Shown in pieces: positions 1 to 10,878 of a stretch of 64,000 nt of DNA. Source of the stretch: Auanema rhodensis (taxonomy: Eukaryota > Animalia > Nematoda). The notes under the pieces are model-generated. The model ran no database searches. It was not told where the DNA came from and saw nothing but the letters and a program-made list of their open reading frames with translations. Both the position numbers and the translations under genes were made by a program. Each line of letters opens with the position of its first letter. Positions within the stretch are counted from its first letter, which is position 1. The stretch covers positions 19,282,001-19,346,000 of the forward strand of contig OZ059896.1 of NCBI GenBank assembly GCA_964057225.1. Direction: 5' to 3'.

Positions 1-351
1 CGCAGCTTAAAAATCCGCATCGAATGCACTATACTACATTGAGAAACGCTTAATACAAGAATTAGTTATGATCGTTTGAAAAATGATGCATTAGTGTATG
101 TTGAGTTTCCATGTACACTCAACATTGCTTCCAAAAACATTTTGACAAAAATTTTTTCGAAAAATTTCAAAATAATTTAGCAAAAAGTAGATGTTTTTAG
201 ATTCCTTTTTTCAAGGCAAAGACGATGGACAATGTTATTCAACGAAAAAATTATTTCTTCAGGGTGAAAATCGAGGATATAAGTGTGAACTTATATCAGT
301 TGATATATCGGTGCATTTTTAAGCTAGCGCAAATCTGATAACACAGATCGA
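1..351 (+). repeat. Representative 351-bp monomer (phase arbitrary)
   Basis: About 31% GC with many A4-6/T4-6 tracts. Consensus sites include NsiI ATGCAT (pos 86-91), BsrGI TGTACA (112-117), BstBI TTCGAA (156-161) and NheI GCTAGC (323-328). Confidence 0.98.
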
Positions 352-1363
352 CGCAGCTTAAAATACCGCATCGAATGCACTATACTACATTGAGAAACGC
401 TTAATACAAAAATTAGTTATGATCGTTTGAAAAATGATGCATTAGTGTATGTTGAGTTTCCATGTACACTCAACATTGCTTCCAAAAACATTTCGACAAA
501 AATTTTTTCGAAAAATTTCAAGATAATTTAGCAAAAAGTAGATGTTTTTAGATTCCTTTTTTCAAGGCAAAGACGATGGACAATGTTATTCAACGAAAAA
601 AATAATTCTTTAGGGTGAAAATCGAGGATATAAGTGTGAACTTATATCAGTTGATATCTCGGTGCATTTTTAAGCTAGCGAAAATCTGATAACACAGATC
701 GACGCAGCTTAAAAATCCGCATCGAATGCACTATACTACATTGAGAAACGCTTAATACAAAAATTAGTTATGATCGTTTGAAAAATGATGCATTAGTGTA
801 TGTTGAGTTTCCATGTACACTCAACATTGCTTCCAAAAACATTTCGACAAAAATTTTTTCGAAAAATTTCAAGATAATTTAGCGAAAAGTAGATGTTTTT
901 AGATTCCTTTTTTCAAGGCAAAGATGATGGACAATGTTATTCAACGAAAAAAATAATTCTTTAGGGTGAAAATCGAGGATATAAGTGTGAACTTATATCA
1001 GTTGATATCTCGGTGCATTTTTAAGCTAGCGAAAATCTGATAACACAGATCGACGCAGCTTAAAAATCCGCATCGAATGCACTATACTACATTGAGAAAC
1101 GCTTAATACAAAAATTAGTTATGATCGTTTGAAAAATGATGCATTAGTGTATGTTGAGTTTCCATGTACACTCAACATTGCTTCCAAAAACATTTCGACA
1201 AAAATTTTTTCGAAAAATTTCAAGATAATTTAGCAAAAAGTAGATGTTTTTAGATTCCTTTTTTCAAGGCAAAGACGATGGACAATGTTATTCAACAAAA
1301 AAATTAATTCTTCAGGGTGAAAATCGAGGATATAAGTGTGAACTTATATCAGTTGATATCTCG

Positions 1364-1433
1364 GTGCATTTTTAAGCTAGCGCAAATCTGATAACACAGA
1401 TCGACGCAGCTTAAAAATCCGCATCGAATGCAC
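1364..1433. other. Junction-spanning inverted repeat (example copy; present in most monomers)
   Basis: atttttaagct (1368-1378) is the exact reverse complement of agcttaaaaat (1408-1418). Inner arms are gcg/cgc and atctg/cagat around the loop ataaca; outer arms are gtgcatt/aatgcac. Confidence 0.9.
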
Positions 1434-1755
1434 TATACTACATTGAGAAACGCTTAATACAAAAATTAGTTATGATCGTTTGAAAAATGATGCATTAGTG
1501 TATGTTGAGTTTCCATGTACACTCAACATTGCTTCCAAAAACATTTTGACAAAAATTTTTTCGAAAAATTTCAAAATAATTTAGCAAAAAGTAGATGTTT
1601 TTAGATTCCTTTTTTCAAGGCAAAGATGATGGACAATGTTATTCAACGAAAAAATTAATTCTTCAGGGTGAAAATCGAGGATATAAGTGTGAACTTATAT
1701 CAGTTGATATATCGGTGCATTTTTAAGCTAGCGCAAATCTCATAACACAGATCGA

Positions 1756-4700
1756 CGCAGCTTAAAAATCCGCATCGAATGCACTATACTACATTGAGAA
1801 ACGCTTAATACAAAAATTAGTTATGATCGTTTGAAAAATGATGCATTAGTGTATGTTGAGTTTCCATGTACACTCAACATTGCTTCCAAAAACATTTCGA
1901 CAAAAATTTTTTCGAAAAATTTCAAGATAATTTAGCAAAAAGTAGATGTTTTTAGATTCCTTTTTTCAAGGCAAAGACGATGGACAATGTTATTCAACAA
2001 AAAAATTAATTCTTCAGGGTGAAAATCGAGGATATAAGTGTGAACTTATATCAGTTGATATCTCGGTGCATTTTTAAGCTAGCGCAAATCTGATAACAAA
2101 GATCGACGCAGCTTAAAAATCCGCATCGAATGCACTATACTACATTGAGAAACGCTTAATACAAAAATTAGTTATGATCGTTTGAAAAATGATGCATTAG
2201 TGTATGTTGAGTTTCCATGTACACTCAACATTGCTTCCAAAAACATTTTGACAAAAATTTTTTCGAAAAATTTCAAAATAATTTAGCAAAAAGTAGATGT
2301 TTTAGATTCCTTTTTTCAAGGCAAAGACGATGGACAATGTTATTCAACAAAAAAATTAGTTCTTCAGGGTGAAAATCGAGTATATAAGTGTGAACTTATA
2401 TCAGTTGATATCTCGGTGCATTTTTAAGCTAGCGCAAATCTCATAACACAGATCGACGCAGCTTAAAAATCCGCATCGAATGCACTATACTACATTGAGA
2501 AACGCTTAATACAAAAATTAGTTATGATCGTTTGAAAAATGATGCATTAGTGTATGTTGAGTTTCCATGTACACTCAACATTGCTTCCAAAAACATTTTG
2601 ACAAAAATTTTTTCGAAAAATTTCAAAATAATTTAGCAAAAAGTAGTTGTTTTTAGATTCCTTTTTTCAAGGCAAAGACGATGGACAATGTTATTCAACG
2701 AAAAAATTAATTCTTCAGGGTGAAAATCGAGGATATAAGTGTGAACTTATATCAGTTGATATCTCGGTGCATTTTTAAGCTAGCGCAAATCTGATAACAC
2801 AGATCGACGCAGCTTAAAAATCCGCATCGAATGCACTATACTACATTGAGAAACGCTTAATACAAAAATTAGTTATGATCGTTTGAAAAATGATGCATTA
2901 GTGTATGTTGAGTTTCCATGTACACTCAACATTGCTTCCAAAAACATTTCGACAAAAATTTTTTCGAAAAATTTCAAGATAATTTAGCAAAAAGTAGATG
3001 TTTTTAGATTCCTTTTTTCAAGGCAAAGACGATGGACAATGTTATTCAACAAAAAAATTAATTCTTCAGGGTGAAAATCGAGGATATAAGTGTGAACTTA
3101 TATCAGTTGATATCTCGGTGCATTTTTAAGCTAGCGCAAATCTGATAACACAGATCGACGCAGCTTAAAAATCCGCATCGAATGCACTATACTACATTGA
3201 GAAACGCTTAATACAAAAATTAGTTATGATCGTTTGAAAAATGATGCATTAGTGTATGTTGAGTTTCCATGTACACTCAACATTGCTTCCAAAAACATTT
3301 CGACAAAAATTTTTTCGAAAAATTTCAAGATAATTTAGCAAAAAGTAGATGTTTTTAGATTCCTTTTTTCAAGGCAAAGACGATGGACAATGTTATTCAA
3401 CAAAAAAATTAATTCTTCAGGGTGAAAATCGAGGATATAAGTGTGAACTTATATCAGTTGATATCTCGGTGCATTTTTAAGCTAGCGCAAATCTGATAAC
3501 ACAGATCGACGCAGCTTAAAAATCCGCATCGAATGCACTATACTACATTGAGAAACGCTTAATACAAAAATTAGTTATGATCGTTTGAAAAATGATGCAT
3601 TAGTGTATGTTGAGTTTCCATGTACACTCAACATTGCTTCCAAAAACATTTTGACAAAAATTTTTTCGAAAAATTTCAAAATAATTTAGCAAAAAGTAGT
3701 TGTTTTTAGATTCCTTTTTTCAAGGCAAAGACGATGGACAATGTTATTCAACGAAAAAATTAATTCTTCAGGGTGAAAATCGAGGATATAAGTGTGAACT
3801 TATATCAGTTGATATCTCGGTGCATTTTTAAGCTAGCGCAAATCTGATAACACAGATCGACGCAGCTTAAAAATCCGCATCGAATGCACTATACTACATT
3901 GAGAAACGCTTAATACAAAAATTAGTTATGATCGTTTGAAAAATGATGCATTAGTGTATGTTGAGTTTCCATGTACACTCAACATTGCTTCCAAAAACAT
4001 TTTGACAAAAATTTTTTCGAAAAATTTCAAAATAATTTAGCAAAAAGTAGATGTTTTAGATTCCTTTTTTCAAGGCAAAGACGATGGACAATGTTATTCA
4101 ACGAAAAAATTAATTCTTCAGGGTGAAAATCGAGGATATAAGTGTGAACTTATATCAGTTGATATCTCGGTGCATTTTTAAGCTAGCGCAAATCTGATAA
4201 CACAGATCGACGCAGCTTAAAAATCCGCATCGAATGCACTATACTACATTGAGAAACGCTTAATACAAAAATTAGTTATGATCGTTTGAAAAATGATGCA
4301 TTAGTGTATGTTGAGTTTCCATGTACACTCAACATTGCTTCCAAAAACATTTCGACAAAAATTTTTTCGAAAAATTTCAAGATAATTTAGCAAAAAGTAG
4401 ATGTTTTTAGATTCCTTTTTTCAAGGCAAAGACGATGGACAATGTTATTCAACAAAAAAATTAATTCTTCAGGGTGAAAATCGAGGATATAAGTGTGAAC
4501 TTATATCAGTTGATATCTCGGTGCATTTTTAAGCTAGCGCAAATCTGATAACAAAGATCGACGCAGCTTAAAAATCCGCATCGAATGCACTATACTACAT
4601 TGAGAAACGCTTAATACAAAAATTAGTTATGATCGTTTGAAAAATGATGCATTAGTGTATGTTGAGTTTCCATGTACACTCAACATTGCTTCCAAAAACA

Positions 4701-5750
4701 TTTTGACAAAAATTTTTTCGAAAAATTTCAAAATAATTTAGCAAAAAGTAGATGTTTTAGATTCCTTTTTTCAAGGCAAAGACGATGGACAATGTTATTC
4801 AACAAAAAAATTAGTTCTTCAGGGTGAAAATCGAGTATATAAGTGTGAACTTATATCAGTTGATATCTCGGTGCATTTTTAAGCTAGCGCAAATCTCATA
4901 ACACAGATCGACGCAGCTTAAAAATCCGCATCGAATGCACTATACTACATTGAGAAACGCTTAATACAAAAATTAGTTATGATCGTTTGAAAAATGATGC
5001 ATTAGTGTATGTTGAGTTTCCATGTACACTCAACATTGCTTCCAAAAACATTTTGACAAAAATTTTTTCGAAAAATTTCAAAATAATTTAGCAAAAAGTA
5101 GTTGTTTTTAGATTCCTTTTTTCAAGGCAAAGACGATGGACAATGTTATTCAACGAAAAAATTAATTCTTCAGGGTGAAAATCGAGGATATAAGTGTGAA
5201 CTTATATCAGTTGATATCTCGGTGCATTTTTAAGCTAGCGCAAATCTGATAACACAGATCGACGCAGCTTAAAAATCCGCATCGAATGCACTATACTACA
5301 TTGAGAAACGCTTAATACAAAAATTAGTTATGATCGTTTGAAAAATGATGCATTAGTGTATGTTGAGTTTCCATGTACACTCAACATTGCTTCCAAAAAC
5401 ATTTCGACAAAAATTTTTTCGAAAAATTTCAAGATAATTTAGCAAAAAGTAGATGTTTTTAGATTCCTTTTTTCAAGGCAAAGACGATGGACAATGTTAT
5501 TCAACAAAAAAATTAATTCTTCAGGGTGAAAATCGAGGATATAAGTGTGAACTTATATCAGTTGATATCTCGGTGCATTTTTAAGCTAGCGCAAATCTGA
5601 TAACACAGATCGACGCAGCTTAAAAATCCGCATCGAATGCACTATACTACATTGAGAAACGCTTAATACAAAAATTAGTTATGATCGTTTGAAAAATGAT
5701 GCATTAGTGTATGTTGAGTTTCCATGTACACTCAACATTGCTTCCAAAAA
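1756..5750 (+). repeat. Block of ~4 monomers repeated at a 7-monomer offset (1756-~3300 and 4211-~5750)
   Basis: Both blocks carry the same ordered markers: ataacaAagatc; a 350-bp monomer with ttaGtt, gagTatat and tctCata; then gtagTtg. Offset 2455 = 7x351-2. Confidence 0.85.
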
Positions 5751-7240
5751 CATTTTGACAAAAATTTTTTCGAAAAATTTCAAAATAATTTAGCAAAAAG
5801 TAGATGTTTTTAGATTCCTTTTTTCAAGGCAAAGACGATGGACAATGTTATTCAACGAAAAAATTAATTCTTCAGGGTGAAAATCGAGGATATAAGTGTG
5901 AACTTATATCAGTTGATATATCGGTGCATTTTTAAGCTAGCGCAAATCTCATAACACAGATCGACGCAGCTTAAAAATCCGCATCGAATGCACTATACTA
6001 CCATGAGAAACGCTTAATACAAAAATTAGTTATGATCGTTTGAAAAATGATGCATTAGTGTATGTTGAGTTTCCATGTACACTCAACATTGCTTCCAAAA
6101 ACATTTCGACAAAAATTTTTTCGAAAAATTTCAAGATAATTTAGCAAAAAGTAGATGTTTTTAGATTCCTTTTTTCAAGGCAAAGACGATGGACAATGTT
6201 ATTCAACAAAAAAATCAATTCTTCAGGGTGAAAATCGAGGATATAAGTGTGAACTTATATCAGTTGATATCTCGGTGCATTTTTAAGCTAGCGCAAATCT
6301 GATAACACAGATCGACGCAGCTTAAAAATCCGCATCGAATGCACTATACTACATTGAGAAACGCTTAATACAAAAATTAGTTATGATCGTTTGAAAAATG
6401 ATGCATTAGTGTATGTTGAGTTTCCATGTACACTCAACATTGCTTCCAAAAACATTTTGACAAAAATTTTTTCGAAAAATTTCAAAATAATTTAGCAAAA
6501 AGTAGATGTTTTTAGATTCCTTTTTTCAAGGCAAAGACGATGGACAATGTTATTCAACGAAAAAATTAATTCTTCAGGGTGAAAATCGAGGATATAAGTG
6601 TGAACTTATATCAGTTGATATATCGGTGCATTTTTAAGCTAGCGCAAATCTCATAACACAGATCGACGCAGCTTAAAAATCCGCATCGAATGCACTATAC
6701 TACCATGAGAAACGCTTAATACAAAAATTAGTTATGATCGTTTGAAAAATGATGCATTAGTGTATGTTGAGTTTCCATGTACACTCAACATTGCTTCCAA
6801 AAACATTTCGACAAAAATTTTTTCGAAAAATTTCAAGATAATTTAGCAAAAAGTAGATGTTTTTAGATTCCTTTTTTCAAGGCAAAGACGATGGACAATG
6901 TTATTCAACAAAAAAATCAATTCTTCAGGGTGAAAATCGAGGATATAAGTGTGAACTTATATCAGTTGATATCTCGGTGCATTTTTAAGCTAGCGCAAAT
7001 CTGATAACACAGATCGACGCAGCTTAAAAATCCGCATCGAATGCACTATACTACATTGAGAAACGCTTAATACAAAAATTAGTTATGATCGTTTGAAAAA
7101 TGATGCATTAGTGTATGTTGAGTTTCCATGTACACTCAACATTGCTTCCAAAAACATTTTGACAAAAATTTTTTCGAAAAATTTCAAAATAATTTAGCAA
7201 AAAGTAGATGTTTTTAGATTCCTTTTTTCAAGGCAAAGAC
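5614..7240 (+). repeat. Dimer (702-bp) tandem duplication
   Basis: Private markers tacCAtga and aaatCaatt occur in monomers 5965 and 6667 only. Confidence 0.88.
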
Positions 7241-9310
7241 GATGGACAATGTTATTCAACAAAAAAATTAGTTCTTCAGGGTGAAAATCGAGTATATAAG
7301 TGTGAACTTATATCAGTTGATATCTCGGTGCATTTTTAAGCTAGCGCAAATCTCATAACACAGATCGACGCAGCTTAAAAATCCGCATCGAATGCACTAT
7401 ACTACATTGAGAAACGCTTAATACAAAAGTTAGTTATGATCGTTTGAAAAATGATGCATTAGTGTATGTTGAGTTTCCATGTACACTCAACATTGCTTCC
7501 AAAAACATTTTGACAAAAATTTTTTCGAAAAATTTCAAAATAATTTAGCAAAAAGTAGATGTTTTTAGATTCCTTTTTTCAAGGCAAAGACGATGGACAA
7601 TGTTATTCAACGAAAAAATTAATTCTTCAGGGTGAAAATCGAGGATATAAGTGTGAACTTATATCAGTTGATATCTCGGTGCATTTTTAAGCTAGCGCAA
7701 ATCTGATAACACAGATCGACGCAGCTTAAAAATCCGCATCGAATGCACTATACTACATTGAGAAACGCTTAATACAAAAATTAGTTATGATCGTTTGAAA
7801 AATGATGCATTAGTGTATGTTGAGTTTCCATGTACACTCAACATTGCTTCCAAAAACATTTTGACAAAAATTTTTTCGAAAAATTTCAAAATAATTTAGC
7901 AAAAAGTAGATGTTTTTAGATTCCTTTTTTCAAGGCAAAGACGATGGACAATGTTATTCAACGAAAAAATTAATTCTTCAGGGTGAAAATCGAGGATATA
8001 AGTGTGAACTTATATCAGTTGATATATCGGTGCATTTTTAAGCTAGCGCAAATCTGATAACACAGATCGACGCAGTTTAAAAATCCGCATCGAATGCACT
8101 ATACTACATTGAGAAACGCTTAATACAAGAATTAGTTATGATCGTTTGAAAAATGATGCATTAGTGTATGTTGAGTTTCCATGTACACTCAACATTGCTT
8201 CCAAAAACATTTTGACAAAAATTTTTTCGAAAAATTTCAAAATAATTTAGCAAAAAGTAGATGTTTTTAGATTCCTTTTTTCAAGGCAAAGACGATGGAC
8301 AATGTTATTCAACAAAAAAATTAGTTCTTCAGGGTGAAAATCGAGTATATAAGTGTGAACTTATATCAGTTGATATCTCGGTGCATTTTTAAGCTAGCGC
8401 AAATCTCATAACACAGATCGACGCAGCTTAAAAATCCGCATCGAATGCACTATACTACATTGAGAAACGCTTAATACAAAAGTTAGTTATGATCGTTTGA
8501 AAAATGATGCATTAGTGTATGTTGAGTTTCCATGTACACTCAACATTGCTTCCAAAAACATTTTGACAAAAATTTTTTCGAAAAATTTCAAAATAATTTA
8601 GCAAAAAGTAGATGTTTTTAGATTCCTTTTTTCAAGGCAAAGACGATGGACAATGTTATTCAACGAAAAAATTAATTCTTCAGGGTGAAAATCGAGGATA
8701 TAAGTGTGAACTTATATCAGTTGATATCTCGGTGCATTTTTAAGCTAGCGCAAATCTGATAACACAGATCGACGCAGCTTAAAAATCCGCATCGAATGCA
8801 CTATACTACATTGAGAAACGCTTAATACAAAAATTAGTTATGATCGTTTGAAAAATGATGCATTAGTGTATGTTGAGTTTCCATGTACACTCAACATTGC
8901 TTCCAAAAACATTTTGACAAAAATTTTTTCGAAAAATTTCAAAATAATTTAGCAAAAAGTAGATGTTTTTAGATTCCTTTTTTCAAGGCAAAGACGATGG
9001 ACAATGTTATTCAACGAAAAAATTAATTCTTCAGGGTGAAAATCGAGGATATAAGTGTGAACTTATATCAGTTGATATATCGGTGCATTTTTAAGCTAGC
9101 GCAAATCTGATAACACAGATCGACGCAGTTTAAAAATCCGCATCGAATGCACTATACTACATTGAGAAACGCTTAATACAAGAATTAGTTATGATCGTTT
9201 GAAAAATGATGCATTAGTGTATGTTGAGTTTCCATGTACACTCAACATTGCTTCCAAAAACATTTTGACAAAAATTTTTTCGAAAAATTTCAAAATAATT
9301 TAGCAAAAAG
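7080..9310 (+). repeat. Trimer (1053-bp) tandem duplication
   Basis: aaaaGttag in monomers 7369/8422; gcagTtt in 8071/9124; ttaGtt with gagTatat in 7018/8071. Confidence 0.88.
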
Positions 9311-10878
9311 TAGATGTTTTTGGATTCCTTTTTTCAAGGCAAAGACGATGGACAATGTTATTCAACGAAAAAAATAATTCTTTAGGGTGAAAATCGAGGA
9401 TATAAGTGTGAACTTATATCAGTTGATATCTCGGTGCATTTTTAAGCTAGCGCAAATCTGATAACACAGATCGACGCAGCTTAAAAATCCGCATCGAATG
9501 CACTATACTACATTGAAAAACGCTTAATACAAAAATTAGTTATGATCGTTTGAAAAATGATGCATTAGTGTATGTTGAGTTTCCATGTACACTCAACATT
9601 GCTTCCAAAAACATTTTGACAAAAATTTTTTCGAAAAATTTCAAAATAATTTAGCAAAAAGTAGATGTTTTTAGATTCCTTTTTTCAAGGCAAAGACGAT
9701 GGACAATGTTATTCAACGAAAAAAATAATTCTTTAGGGTGAAAATCGAGGATATAAGTGTGAACTTATATCAGTTGATATCTCGGTGCATTTTTAAGCTA
9801 GCGCAAATCTGATAACACAGATCGACGCAGCTTAAAAATCCGCATCGAATGCACTATACTACATTGAGAAACGCTTAATACAAAAATTAGTTATGATCGT
9901 TTGAAAAATGATGCATTAGTGTATGTTGAGTTTCCATGTACACTCAACATTGCTTCCAAAAACATTTTGACAAAAATTTTTTCGAAAAATTTCAAAATAA
10001 TTTAGCAAAAAGTAGATGTTTTTAGATTCCTTTTTTCAAGGCAAAGACGATGGACAATGTTATTCAACGAAAAAATTAATTCTTCAGGGTGAAAATCGAG
10101 GATATAAGTGTGAACTTATACCAGTTGATATCTCGGTGCATTTTTAAGCTAGCGCAAATCTGATAACACAGATCGACGCAGCTTAAAAATCCGCATCGAA
10201 TGCACTATACTACATTGAGAAACGCTTAATACAAAAATTAGTTATGATCGTTTGAAAAATGATGCATTAGTGTATGTTGAGTTTCCATGTACACTCAACA
10301 TTGCTTCCAAAAACATTTTGACAAAAATTTTTTCGAACAATTTCAGAATAATTTAGCAAAAAGTAGATGTTTTTGGATTCCTTTTTTCAAGGCAAAGACG
10401 ATGGACAATGTTATTCAACGAAAAAATTAATTCTTTAGGGTGAAAATCGAGGATATAAGTGTGAACTTATATCAGTTGATATCTCGGTGCATTTTTAAGC
10501 TAGCGCAAATCCGATAACACAGATCGACGCAGCTTAAAAATCCGCATCGAATGCACTATACTACATTGAGAAACGCTTAATACAAAAATTAGTTATGATC
10601 GTTTGAAAAATGATGCATTAGTGTATGTTGAGTTTCCATGTACACTCAACATTGCTTCCAAAAACATTTTGACAAAAATTTTTTCGAACAATTTCAGAAT
10701 AATTTAGCAAAAAGTAGATGTTTTTGGATTCCTTTTTTCAAGGCAAAGACGATGGACAATGTTATTCAACGAAAAAATTAATTCTTTAGGGTGAAAATCG
10801 AGGATATAAGTGTGAACTTATATCAGTTGATATCTCGGTGCATTTTTAAGCTAGCGCAAATCTGATAACACAGATCGA

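Noticed and set aside
76-267. Idea that each monomer is a tandem gene with a read-through TAG or a variant genetic code
   Set aside because: A 64-codon frame with one stop is unremarkable. It lacks an ATG start, several monomers carry frameshifting indels, and many variants are non-synonymous.
276-320. Rho-independent terminator or bacterial promoter calls on stem-loops and AT-rich hexamers
   Set aside because: The stems are AT-rich, are not directly followed by a U-tract and have no associated gene. The context is a satellite array.
1-351. Identity with the Drosophila 359-bp (1.688) satellite, or a canonical CENP-B box
   Set aside because: Only size and AT-richness are similar. I could not match the sequence from memory, and no TTCG-N4-A-N2-CGGG motif was seen.
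609-615. Telomere-like TTTAGGG/TTAGG motif
   Set aside because: It is a single copy per monomer created by the C260T variant (consensus ttcaggg) and is never tandem.
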